Source: a virus (lineage: Duplodnaviria > Caudoviricetes). From it: a stretch of DNA of 64,000 bases. Each line of letters begins with the position of its first letter. Within the stretch, counting starts at the first letter, position 1. Under the pieces are notes generated by a model. That model made no database searches. It saw only the letters and a program-made list of their open reading frames with translations, and was not told the origin of the DNA. The stretch is taken from IMG/VR virus record IMGVR_UViG_3300030433_001899, positions 29,115 through 93,114 of that record. One strand, given 5' to 3'. The position numbers and the translations under genes were made by a program. This document shows positions 50,590-59,243 of the stretch, in pieces.

Positions 50590-52701
50590 ATGGCAGTCAA
50601 CCACGAAATCAAGTCACACCTTGCCAAACTCCTTGCCACTGAGGACCTGGTGGTTGAGCACAAGCATGTTGAGACTGCACAGTTCAATGTTCATACTCGT
50701 GTTCTGACTCTTCCTGTCTGGGAGAAAGCAAGTGGTGAAGTCTATGATATGCTCGTCGGTCATGAGGTGGGTCATGCACTATACACTCCTGACTCTGACT
50801 GGATCCTTACCCGAAAGATCTCACCACAGATGGTGAACATCGTTGAGGATGTTCGTATTGAAAAACTGATGAAGCGTCGTTACGCTGGCATCTCTAAGAC
50901 CTTCTATCGTGGATACCAAGAGTTGTCTGATGAAGACTTCTTCTGTCTTGAGAATGAGAATATTCCTACGATGTCTCTTGCTGACCGTATCAATCTTCAC
51001 TTCAAGATTGGTAACTTTGTGAGCATTCCTTTCTCTGCTGATGAGCAGCATATCGTTGAAATGGTTGCTGCCTGTGAAACCTTTGATGAGGTTCTTGACG
51101 CTGCTGAGGCACTCTACACCTTCTGTAAGCAAGAGATGCAGAACAAGAAGAATGAGGTTCCTGAAGGCACTCAAGAGTCTTCTGAAGGCACTCAGGCAAA
51201 CGTTCCAAACCCTGGTGGTGGTGACGATGGTGAGGGTGAACCAGAAGATATGCAGCCTGATGAGTCCTATGGTGGAACCGCTGAAACTGATAACACGTTT
51301 GATGATGACTTTGATGATCTTGATGGTGAACCAGAGACAAAAACTGTTGACTCTCTGGCAGATGCCATCAAGGACCTTGCCAATATGGATGGATATGAAA
51401 ACGTCTACATTGAAGTTCCCAAAGTTGACGCTAGTAAAATCATTATCAATAACAAGACAATTCACGATAGTTTCTGTGAGTGGGATGATGTTCCTGCAGA
51501 AGCATTTGAGCCTATCGACATTGAGTTTGTAAAGTTCAAGAAAGATGCTCGTAAGGAGGTGAACTACCTTGTCAAAGAATTTGAATGCCGTAAGTCTGCA
51601 GACTCTTATTCTCGTGCTACTACTAGTCGGACTGGAGTTCTCGATACAAGCAAGCTACACACTTATCGATACAATGAAGACTTGTTCAAAAAAGTAACTA
51701 CTCTTCCTGATGGTAAGAATCATGGTCTGGTTTTTGTTCTTGACTGGTCTGGTTCTATGTGTGATGTGATGCTTGACACTATCAAGCAACTTTACAACCT
51801 CATTTGGTTCTGTAAGAAAGTATCCATTCCCTTTGAAGTTTACGCCTTCACTAACGATTATCCTATTGCTTCCTCTGATGAGCATGGTAATCCTACCCTT
51901 CGTGAACCTTGTTATCAGAAGCGTGACGGTGTATTTGCTATTCCAGAATACTTCTCTCTCCTGAACCTGTTTACTCATAAAACTAATGGTAAAGTTCTTG
52001 AGCAACAGATGAAGAACATCTTCCGTCTTGCTATGAGTTTCCGTCGTTCATACTGGACTAACTTCATGCCACCTATCGGACTGTCTCTGTCTGGAACTCC
52101 TTTGAATGAGGCATTGATCTCTCTCCATACAATTCTTCCTGAGTTCAAGAAAGAGAATGGTGTTCAAAAAGTTCAGTGTGTTGTGATGACTGATGGTGAA
52201 GCAAACTGGGTAAAGTATCACGCTGAACTTCAGCGTCGTTGGGAAGATGAGCCTTTCATTGGAGTTCGTTCTGTCTCATCCTCTTGTTTCCTTCGTGACC
52301 GTAAACTGGGAACTACTTACAGTCTTGATAGTGAGTGGTATGAGTTTACTGACATTCTTCTCCGTAACCTTAAGGATCGTTTTACTGATGTAAACTTCAT
52401 CGGTTTCCGTGTTCTTGAGTCCCGTGATGCTGGTGCTTTTATTCGTCGTTATTGTGGATACTTTGGAAAAGAGTTTGAAAGCACTATGCAAGACTGGAAA
52501 AAGAAAAAGGCATTCACTATCTCAAACTCTGGATATGCAGCATACTTTGGTTTGTCTGCAAATGCCCTTGCACAAAACTCTGACTTTGACGTATCCGACA
52601 CTGCAACTAAGACTCAAATCAAAAGTGCTTTTGTAAAAAGTCTTCGTAGTAAGAAGATGAACAAAAAAGTCCTTAGTGAGTTTGTAGAACTTGTTGCTTG
52701 A
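50590..52701 (+). CDS. Zn-metallopeptidase-like + vWA (CobT-like) protein
   Basis: GHEVGH (HExxH) with downstream NIVEDVRIE; acidic linker; vWA MIDAS LDWSGSM, GTPL, MTDGE. Confidence 0.85.
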   Translation: MAVNHEIKSHLAKLLATEDLVVEHKHVETAQFNVHTRVLTLPVWEKASGEVYDMLVGHEVGHALYTPDSDWILTRKISPQMVNIVEDVRIEKLMKRRYAGISKTFYRGYQELSDEDFFCLENENIPTMSLADRINLHFKIGNFVSIPFSADEQHIVEMVAACETFDEVLDAAEALYTFCKQEMQNKKNEVPEGTQESSEGTQANVPNPGGGDDGEGEPEDMQPDESYGGTAETDNTFDDDFDDLDGEPETKTVDSLADAIKDLANMDGYENVYIEVPKVDASKIIINNKTIHDSFCEWDDVPAEAFEPIDIEFVKFKKDARKEVNYLVKEFECRKSADSYSRATTSRTGVLDTSKLHTYRYNEDLFKKVTTLPDGKNHGLVFVLDWSGSMCDVMLDTIKQLYNLIWFCKKVSIPFEVYAFTNDYPIASSDEHGNPTLREPCYQKRDGVFAIPEYFSLLNLFTHKTNGKVLEQQMKNIFRLAMSFRRSYWTNFMPPIGLSLSGTPLNEALISLHTILPEFKKENGVQKVQCVVMTDGEANWVKYHAELQRRWEDEPFIGVRSVSSSCFLRDRKLGTTYSLDSEWYEFTDILLRNLKDRFTDVNFIGFRVLESRDAGAFIRRYCGYFGKEFESTMQDWKKKKAFTISNSGYAAYFGLSANALAQNSDFDVSDTATKTQIKSAFVKSLRSKKMNKKVLSEFVELVA

Positions 52702-52726
52702 TAAATATTTAAAAACTTTAAGAGCT

Positions 52727-52882
52727 ATGTCAAGATTCGGAGATTTGCTGAGAGGAGGAGAAGCACCTGCTCCTAAGGTTGAAAAAGCACCTGCACCTAA
52801 ACCAGCCCCTGCACCAAAACCTGAAGTAAAGGTTGAAGAAGTCAAATATGAGAAGAGATCTCTTCGTGCTAAGAAAGACTGA
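52727..52882 (+). CDS. 51-aa Pro/Ala/Lys-rich late peptide
   Basis: GATAAATA at 52700-52707, ATG 52727; MSRFGDLLRGG-EAPAPKVEKAPAPKPAPAPKPEV. Confidence 0.7.
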   Translation: MSRFGDLLRGGEAPAPKVEKAPAPKPAPAPKPEVKVEEVKYEKRSLRAKKD

Positions 52883-52940
52883 GGACACTTCTACAACTGG
52901 TACACAAGGGGGTTTCTGACCCCCTTTTTTCATATATAAT
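52883..52940 (+). promoter_or_regulatory. palindrome-like motif + terminator hairpin + -10 box
   Basis: GGACAC-ttctac-AACTGGTAC (52883-52903), hairpin AAGGGGGT-ttctg-ACCCCCTT plus T run, then TATAAT at 52935. Confidence 0.7.
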
Positions 52941-52965
52941 AACTTCAGTTAAAACAAACAACCCA

Positions 52966-54042
52966 ATGGGACTGTCCAAGAACAGCATCGTCGAATCACT
53001 TCAAGCAACTTACGGAGAATCTGTTACTGCTGCAGACATCCGTGCCTGGTGTGCAATGAACGACTGTAACTATCAGACTGTCTCTAACAAACTGTCTGAA
53101 TACAAAACTGGTCGTGGTAAGTGGAACCTGACCATTCAAGAAAAACTTGAGCAAACTTATCAGGCACCTCCCGCAATGCCTGCTGTTGAGCAAAACCTTA
53201 TTCCTCAGAAAGATGATTCCTTCGTCCAGTTTGGCAATTTCAAAGATATTAAAAAGATTGTTCAGTCCCGTGTATTCTACCCTACGTTTATCACGGGTCT
53301 CTCGGGCAACGGTAAAACGTTTTCTGTTGAGCAAGCGTGTGCCCAACTCGGACGAGAACTGATCCGTGTTAACATCACTATTGAGACGGATGAAGATGAC
53401 CTCATTGGTGGATTTCGTCTGGTTAACGGTGAGACCGTTTGGCACAATGGTCCAGTCGTCGAAGCCTTGGAGCGCGGTGCGGTTCTACTGCTTGACGAGA
53501 TTGACCTGGCTTCCAACAAGATTCTTTGCCTTCAATCCATCCTTGAAGGAAAAGGAGTCTTCCTGAAAAAGATTGGTCGCTTTGTTATTCCTTCCGAAGG
53601 TTTCCAAGTTTTTGCCACTGCAAACACTAAGGGTAAGGGTTCTGACGATGGTCGCTTCATTGGCACCAATGTTCTTAATGAAGCATTCCTGGAGCGTTTC
53701 CCTGTGACCTTTGAGCAGGAGTATCCGACTGCTGCTGTTGAGACTCGCATTCTCAACAAACTCTGCGCTGACGAAAACTTCTGTAAGCGACTTGCTGACT
53801 GGGCAGACATCATCCGTAAGACCTTCTATGATGGTGGTATTGAGGAGATCATTTCTACCCGCCGCCTGGTTCACATTGTCAAGGCATTCAACATCTTTGG
53901 AGACAAGGCAAAGGCAATCCAAGTTTGTGTGAATCGTTTCGATGATGAAACTAAGCAGGCATTCCTGGAACTGTATGATAAAGTTGATGCTGACTTCCAG
54001 ATGCCTTCTGAAGACTCTGTTGACGTACAGACTTTCTCTTGA
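52966..54042 (+). CDS. cobS: MoxR/CbbQ-family AAA+ ATPase (cyanophage 'CobS')
   Basis: GLSGNGKT Walker A, LLLDEID Walker B, ATANTKG.G, NEAFLERF, ISTRRL. Confidence 0.9.
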   Translation: MGLSKNSIVESLQATYGESVTAADIRAWCAMNDCNYQTVSNKLSEYKTGRGKWNLTIQEKLEQTYQAPPAMPAVEQNLIPQKDDSFVQFGNFKDIKKIVQSRVFYPTFITGLSGNGKTFSVEQACAQLGRELIRVNITIETDEDDLIGGFRLVNGETVWHNGPVVEALERGAVLLLDEIDLASNKILCLQSILEGKGVFLKKIGRFVIPSEGFQVFATANTKGKGSDDGRFIGTNVLNEAFLERFPVTFEQEYPTAAVETRILNKLCADENFCKRLADWADIIRKTFYDGGIEEIISTRRLVHIVKAFNIFGDKAKAIQVCVNRFDDETKQAFLELYDKVDADFQMPSEDSVDVQTFS

Positions 54043-54048
54043 TATAAT
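54020..54048 (+). promoter_or_regulatory. sigma70-like promoter for the replication operon
   Basis: TTGACG-17 nt-TATAAT with extended -10 (TGa). Confidence 0.8.
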
Positions 54049-54429
54049 ATGGTGAACTCATGGTCTCTACTACACGATGATATGTTTGGTCCTGAAGACG
54101 AACACTCTTTGAATATTAACATTCCTATGAACACAGACCCCAGTCGATACAAGTACAGTGAGGATACTATCCTCAAAGAACTACAAGACTATATTTCTGG
54201 CACATACAACGCTCACTACTCTGCTGGTGATGATAAGATTCAGACACTTGATCTGATTGAAGCGTGCGGCGATGGTGAGTCCTTCTGCCGTAGCAACATT
54301 CTCAAGTATGCCTCTCGTTACGATAAGAAAGGCACTGCACGACGTGATATCATGAAGATCTTGCACTATGCTGTTCTTCTGATGCACTTTAACGACAAAA
54401 ACGCCAAGCGCGAAACCTACCCCCAGTGA
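54049..54429 (+). CDS. DUF3310-like (putative nucleotide kinase-like) protein
   Basis: HY...IQ.LD.IE...F...NILKYASRY.KKG...D..K..HY pattern; the true start may be a downstream ATG. Confidence 0.75.
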   Translation: MVNSWSLLHDDMFGPEDEHSLNINIPMNTDPSRYKYSEDTILKELQDYISGTYNAHYSAGDDKIQTLDLIEACGDGESFCRSNILKYASRYDKKGTARRDIMKILHYAVLLMHFNDKNAKRETYPQ

Positions 54430-55115
54430 TGAAATTGAATCCAAATACAATGAAACTGTCCGACAACACTCTGACCATTCTCAAGAACTTTGCTGGTATC
54501 AACAACTCTATTCTTGTGAAGCAGGGTACTAAACTCCGTACTATTTCTGTTGCGAAGAACATTCTTGCTGAAGCAGAGATTGATGAAGAGTTCCCTCGCG
54601 ATGTCGCTCTGTATGACCTCAATCAACTGCTGAATATTCTTGGCACTTATCCTGATCCTAGCCTAGACTTCAAGGAAGAAAGTTATCTTGCTTACCGTGA
54701 AGGTAACCGTCGTGGCAAGTATTTTTACTCTGATCCTGCTGTTATCATTGCTCCTCCTGAGAAGGAGATTAATCTTCCTACGCAAGACGTTTGCTTTCAA
54801 CTTGAGCACAGTGTTCTCTCACAAGTTCTGAAAGCCGCTGCTGTTCTGCAACTTCCTGACCTCTCTGTGGTTGGTGGTGCAGGTGTAGTCAAACTGGTTG
54901 TCCGCGATAAGAAGAACGATACTTCCCACGCAGAAGAGTTTGTTGTTGGAGAAACTGATAAAGAGTTTACTTTCAACTTCAAGATTGAGAACATCAAGAT
55001 TATTCCTGGTGCCTATGACGTTGTAGTGTCATCCAAACTTCTTTCTAAGTTTACCAATGCAAAGTACAACCTCACTTATTACATTGCGCTTGAACCAGAT
55101 TCTACATTCGGTTAA
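54429..55115 (+). CDS. gp45: sliding clamp gp45
   Basis: MKLS..TL.ILKNF..IN.SI; YDLN.LL; FNFKIENIK..PG.Y.V; YYIALEPDS. Confidence 0.95.
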   Translation: MKLNPNTMKLSDNTLTILKNFAGINNSILVKQGTKLRTISVAKNILAEAEIDEEFPRDVALYDLNQLLNILGTYPDPSLDFKEESYLAYREGNRRGKYFYSDPAVIIAPPEKEINLPTQDVCFQLEHSVLSQVLKAAAVLQLPDLSVVGGAGVVKLVVRDKKNDTSHAEEFVVGETDKEFTFNFKIENIKIIPGAYDVVVSSKLLSKFTNAKYNLTYYIALEPDSTFG

Positions 55116-55323
55116 ACTCCTTGAGTATCTAAGAATACTTGGAAGTGCACTCATCGTCATTTCCTACTTTGTCGTTTTACATGTTGATGCTAAACTAGGT
55201 GTGGTGGTACACCTAGTTGCTGACTCGGTAACCATTCCGTATTTTATCAAATACAAAATGTGGGACATGGTTATCATGCTCGGTTTTTTGACCACTATTG
55301 GTATTAGTAAACTTTTGTCATGA
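55057..55323 (+). CDS. small 3-TM membrane protein, start uncertain
   Basis: Three hydrophobic segments (RILGSALIVISYFVVL, LGVVVHLVADSVTIPYF, WDMVIMLGFLTTIG) fill the gap after gp45. Confidence 0.55.
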   Translation: MQSTTSLITLRLNQILHSVKLLEYLRILGSALIVISYFVVLHVDAKLGVVVHLVADSVTIPYFIKYKMWDMVIMLGFLTTIGISKLLS

Positions 55324-55790
55324 GCGTACAGTTTCGTAAACATCGGGTGTTCAGAGAGACACCTGATGTTGTTTTTTATGATATTTCGGTAGATGACTCA
55401 AACGCATCTGATCTTGTGGTACACGAAGGACCAGCAATTTCACCACCAAACGATGTCATCGGTGCAAAGCAGTTCTACATTCATTATCATCAAGTGGACC
55501 ATAATCGTGTCCTCTCAGGTGAAAGAACATTTGAACTTGTAAACTTTGAATGGAAGTTTCCATATCATATTGTTCACATGAATCGTAAGAGCGGTGCTTT
55601 GGTTGTTCCTGTTGGAACTTATCATCGCAGCATCTCTGGTGAACAAGGTTCTATCGTCATCAACCAAGCAATTCGTGATGACGAGTTCAATCCAGATACA
55701 GAATTTATTCCAGTTTCTGCTGGTAATAATTCCGAGTTGTATCGTATACTGGTACACGAACAACCTGTTATTCATGAAGTTGGTGAGTGA
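55320..55790 (+). CDS. cupin-fold-like conserved cyanophage/cyanobacterial protein
   Basis: FYIHYHQVD.N.VLSG.R.F and L.VP.GTYHRS His motifs fit a cupin metal site. Confidence 0.7.
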   Translation: MSVQFRKHRVFRETPDVVFYDISVDDSNASDLVVHEGPAISPPNDVIGAKQFYIHYHQVDHNRVLSGERTFELVNFEWKFPYHIVHMNRKSGALVVPVGTYHRSISGEQGSIVINQAIRDDEFNPDTEFIPVSAGNNSELYRILVHEQPVIHEVGE

Positions 55791-55792
55791 GT

Positions 55793-56734
55793 ATGAGTGA
55801 TTTTATTTGGGTTGAGAAGTATCGTCCAAAGACGATCGCTGAATGTATTCTGCCTGCTGCTACAAAGAAGACTTTTCAAGACTTCCTAGATAAAGGTGAA
55901 ATCCCTAATATGCTTCTTGCTGGTCCACCAGGTATTGGTAAGACCACAGTAGCAAAGGCACTGTGTAATGAACTAGGAGCTGACGTTTATGTCATCAATG
56001 GATCCGACGAAGGTAGATTCCTTGATACTGTCCGAAACAATGCGAAAAACTTCGCTTCGACCGTTTCGCTTACAGCAACTGCTAAACACAAAGTCATTAT
56101 CATTGATGAGGCAGACAATACGTCCAACGACGTACAACTCTGTCTTCGGGCATTTATTGAGGAATTTGCTGGTAACTGTAGGTTCATTTTCACATGTAAC
56201 TACAAAAATAAAATCCTTGAACCCCTGCACTCGCGATGTTCCGTTGTCGAGTTTGGAATCAAAGGAAAAGATCGACAGTCCATTGCCGCCCAGTTCTTCA
56301 AACGTATCCAACAAATCTTGGATGCAGAAGGTGTTGAATATGATAACAAGGTCCTGGTAGAACTTATTAACAAACACTTCCCTGATTGGCGTCGTGTTCT
56401 CAATGAGTGTCAACGATATGCTGTCAGTGGAAAGATTGACTCTGGCATCCTTGCTTCGTTCTCTGATGTTGCTGTAAATGAACTGGTCAAAAATCTCAAA
56501 GATAAAAACTTCCCTGAGGTGCGAAAGTGGATCGTTGGTAATCTGGACAATGATACTACTGTACTTTTGCGTCGCATTTATGACGCTTGCTACGAATCCT
56601 TGGTTCCTGCTTCTGTTCCTGCTGCTGTCCTTGTTCTCGCTAAGTATCAGTATCAAGGAGCGTTCGTAGCAGACCAAGAGATAAATATGCTTGCTTGTTT
56701 AACTGAACTTATGGTGGAGTGTGAATTCAAATGA
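55793..56734 (+). CDS. gp44: clamp loader large subunit gp44
   Basis: WVEKYRP, GPPGIGKTT, IIIDEAD, PLHSRC, FPDWRR.LN. Confidence 0.96.
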   Translation: MSDFIWVEKYRPKTIAECILPAATKKTFQDFLDKGEIPNMLLAGPPGIGKTTVAKALCNELGADVYVINGSDEGRFLDTVRNNAKNFASTVSLTATAKHKVIIIDEADNTSNDVQLCLRAFIEEFAGNCRFIFTCNYKNKILEPLHSRCSVVEFGIKGKDRQSIAAQFFKRIQQILDAEGVEYDNKVLVELINKHFPDWRRVLNECQRYAVSGKIDSGILASFSDVAVNELVKNLKDKNFPEVRKWIVGNLDNDTTVLLRRIYDACYESLVPASVPAAVLVLAKYQYQGAFVADQEINMLACLTELMVECEFK

Positions 56735-56931
56735 AAACCAAACTGAGAGCACAAGTAAAGTCCAGGTTCTATTATTACTTCTGGGCATTTATGGCACTAA
56801 CAGTATTCTTCGGACAACTTTATGTGGGATATGGATACCGTCTGATGCATGGAAGTATGCTTGACCTGATGGATAAGGTTGATGGAGTTCTTCTCCATAA
56901 AGACGATACTCCCTATGGAGATATGCTATGA
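56731..56931 (+). CDS. small single-TM hypothetical protein
   Basis: Basic N-terminus followed by one hydrophobic helix. Confidence 0.65.
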   Translation: MKTKLRAQVKSRFYYYFWAFMALTVFFGQLYVGYGYRLMHGSMLDLMDKVDGVLLHKDDTPYGDML

Positions 56932-57164
56932 GTCTTCTCAAAATCGACAAGAATAAGTTGGTAGAACCAAGGGTGAAGACTACGCCTCAGAATGTTCAAG
57001 AGGCAAACGAAGCACTGTTCCGTGCTAAGATGACTCTACCTGCTGCCGCAAAGCATTGTGGTATGACCCACAAGGAAATGAAACTCACCTTCTGGGAGTT
57101 TTTGAAGTATAACAAACCTGATTATGAAATCCCTGAAAACACCATTACGCTACCCAGGCGGTAA
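56928..57164 (+). CDS. small hypothetical protein, possible HTH
   Basis: GGAG RBS; MTLPAAAKHCGMTHKEM resembles a helix-turn-helix. Confidence 0.65.
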   Translation: MSLLKIDKNKLVEPRVKTTPQNVQEANEALFRAKMTLPAAAKHCGMTHKEMKLTFWEFLKYNKPDYEIPENTITLPRR

Positions 57165-58005
57165 GTCCCGTGCTTGCACGAAACTTGACCAGTTCCTTCC
57201 TGACCTCCGTGAGTATGATGAGTATCGTGAACCATTCCTTGGTGGTGGTAGCGTAGCACTTCATATTACAAAGAAATATCCACACCTCAAAGTATGGGTC
57301 AATGACCTGTATGAACCTCTGGTAAACTTCTGGCAGGTTCTTCAGAAGGATGGTGTGACTATGAAAAATAAACTTCTGGAACTCAAGACTCGATGCCCTG
57401 ATCCTGCATCTGCAAGAGTTTTGTTTCAAGAGTCTAAGCATTATCTTGATACTGATAATACTGACCCTCTGTGGAGAGCGGTTAGTTTTTATATTGTAAA
57501 TAAGTGTTCTTTCAGTGGTCTGACTGAGAGTTCTTCTTTCTCAAAGCAGGCATCCGATAACAACTTTAGTTTCCGTGGTATTGAGAAACTGCCGTTTTAT
57601 TCCACTATTATCTCTAAGTGGCATATAACTAATCTTACTTACGAAGAACTTTTTGATGAGAGTTCTGAACGTCGAGCATTCATCTATCTAGATCCTCCCT
57701 ATGACATCAAAGATAATCTCTACGGTAAAAAGGGAGCTATGCACAAAAGATTCGATCATGATCGTTTTGCCACAGATTGTGATATTTGCTCTATGGATTG
57801 CCTTATCAGTTACAATGCCAACCAGTTGGTTAAAGACCGATTCAAGTCCTGGCAAGCAGGTGAATTCGACCTTACCTACACGATGCGCTCAGTAGGTGAG
57901 TACATGCGTGAGCAACGTGAACGTAAAGAACTCGTACTTTTTAATTATGGAACTCAAGGACTGGCTCAACTCAATCAACCAAACCAAGAAGCATCTCATC
58001 GATGA
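57124..58005 (+). CDS. dam: DNA adenine methyltransferase (Dam/D12 class)
   Basis: PLRYPGGKS, EPFLGGGSV (motif I), VND, YLDPPY (motif IV). Confidence 0.9.
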   Translation: MKSLKTPLRYPGGKSRACTKLDQFLPDLREYDEYREPFLGGGSVALHITKKYPHLKVWVNDLYEPLVNFWQVLQKDGVTMKNKLLELKTRCPDPASARVLFQESKHYLDTDNTDPLWRAVSFYIVNKCSFSGLTESSSFSKQASDNNFSFRGIEKLPFYSTIISKWHITNLTYEELFDESSERRAFIYLDPPYDIKDNLYGKKGAMHKRFDHDRFATDCDICSMDCLISYNANQLVKDRFKSWQAGEFDLTYTMRSVGEYMREQRERKELVLFNYGTQGLAQLNQPNQEASHR

Positions 58006-58327
58006 AGATCCTTCTGTAGAAAAGGAATATCCTCCATATATTATTAACCGTTGTCTCTCCGGTCACTTGGACTGTATCATGTTCTCCAATGAGATGAACA
58101 AGTACAACTTCCTCCCCAAGAAACTACAATATGATTTTTATCTAAATAGTCTGAGGAAAAAGAAGAGGTTTTCTCCCTGGCTCCGACAAGATAAGATCAA
58201 AGACCTTGATTATGTCAAACGTTATTATGGATATAGTAATGAGAAGGCAAAGCAAGCACTACGGATCTTGACCCAAGAACAACTTACATTTATTAAATCG
58301 AAACTTGATATTGGAGGAAAAAGATGA
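57947..58327 (+). CDS. gp62: clamp loader small subunit gp62
   Basis: ATG 57947; LNSIN.TK...YPPYIINR.LS...NEMN...QYDF.LNS..K.KRF..W...YYGYS.EKA. Confidence 0.93.
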   Translation: MELKDWLNSINQTKKHLIDEDPSVEKEYPPYIINRCLSGHLDCIMFSNEMNKYNFLPKKLQYDFYLNSLRKKKRFSPWLRQDKIKDLDYVKRYYGYSNEKAKQALRILTQEQLTFIKSKLDIGGKR

Positions 58328-58764
58328 GTGTCGTTCAAGAACCTGAAGTGAAGTGGTCGCCTGAACAAATGGTTGAAGTGGTTCTCCGCGAACCTGATGA
58401 CTTTTTGAAAGTGCGTGAAACTCTGACTCGTATTGGAGTTGCTTCCAGGAAAGAGAAAAAGATCTATCAGTCTTGTCATATCTTGCACAAGCAGGGTAGA
58501 TACTATCTGGTGCATTTTAAGGAACTGTTTGCCCTTGATGGGAAACACGCTAACTTGACGCTGAATGATGTCCAGCGTCGTAACCGTATTGCACAACTTC
58601 TTGCAGACTGGGGTCTGGTGGAAATTGTTGACGCAGAAAAGATTCAAGAGATTGCTCCTTTGAACCAAATCAAGGTTCTGGCGTATAAGGATAAGCAAGA
58701 CTGGATTCTTGAGACTAAGTATAATATCGGTTCTAAAAAGAAGAAGGTAGAAGAAACCGAATGA
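58324..58764 (+). CDS. regA: translational repressor RegA
   Basis: PDDFLKVRETLTRIGVAS; YQSCHILHKQG.YY.VHFKELF.LDG; KY.IG. Confidence 0.97.
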   Translation: MSVVQEPEVKWSPEQMVEVVLREPDDFLKVRETLTRIGVASRKEKKIYQSCHILHKQGRYYLVHFKELFALDGKHANLTLNDVQRRNRIAQLLADWGLVEIVDAEKIQEIAPLNQIKVLAYKDKQDWILETKYNIGSKKKKVEETE

Positions 58765-58767
58765 AAT

Positions 58768-58792
58768 AGGGGGCTTGATGCCCCCCTTTTTT
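58768..58792 (+). terminator. intrinsic terminator after regA
   Basis: GGGGGC-ttgat-GCCCCC followed by T6. Confidence 0.85.
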
Positions 58793-58797
58793 ATGCC

Positions 58798-58826
58798 TTG
58801 ACAAAAAAAGTAAGAGGCACTATAAT
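58798..58826 (+). promoter_or_regulatory. perfect-consensus sigma70 promoter
   Basis: TTGACA-17 nt-TATAAT. Confidence 0.9.
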
Positions 58827-58848
58827 GACTTCATTGAGTTCATTTGAT

Positions 58849-59193
58849 ATGACTTTTGATCCCATAAACAGAGCTCTCAACATTGAGACAATGCAAATTG
58901 AAGAGACCCCCTCACCACCAACTTTATATGTTCGTGGAACGAAGAAACAAAAACAATATGTTATTAAGGGATGTCCTCGACCAGGAAGAGGTTGTTCTTA
59001 CCCTTGGAAAGACCCCAGTTATGATGTAGGCGATTGGTTTTGGAAACCGGTTTCTCCAAATGAATGGAAATCTAACCATGGTCGTCCGAATGTCCCTCCT
59101 TCCAAGTCTATTGGTGGGCGTGTTTGGAGAACTTCTAAAGCATACAGAGAAGACACCAAACAGCATGGATATTTTGTAGAGCGTGTCGCATAA
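58849..59193 (+). CDS. hypothetical protein in a stand-alone transcription unit
   Basis: First in-frame ATG downstream of the promoter; YPW...DVGDWFW...WRT...GYFVERVA. Confidence 0.65.
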   Translation: MTFDPINRALNIETMQIEETPSPPTLYVRGTKKQKQYVIKGCPRPGRGCSYPWKDPSYDVGDWFWKPVSPNEWKSNHGRPNVPPSKSIGGRVWRTSKAYREDTKQHGYFVERVA

Positions 59194-59208
59194 ACCGAAT
59201 AATAATGT

Positions 59209-59232
59209 GGGGGTGGCAACACCCCCTTTTTT
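59209..59232 (+). terminator. intrinsic terminator, GNRA loop
   Basis: GGGGGTG-GCAA-CACCCCC followed by T6. Confidence 0.88.
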
Positions 59233-59243
59233 ATTGGTTGTGC

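Noticed and set aside
52966-54042. 'cobS' as a cobalamin-biosynthesis auxiliary gene
   Set aside because: It is a generic MoxR-type AAA+ paired with a peptidase-vWA protein; no cobN or other cob genes are in the window.
55320-55790. Haemagglutinin-neuraminidase-like label sometimes given to such cyanophage proteins
   Set aside because: 156 aa with cupin-type His motifs; too short and no sialidase features.
58798-58848. ORF starts at TTG 58798 or ATG 58825
   Set aside because: These coincide with the -35 and -10 boxes of the promoter, so they would not be in the transcript.
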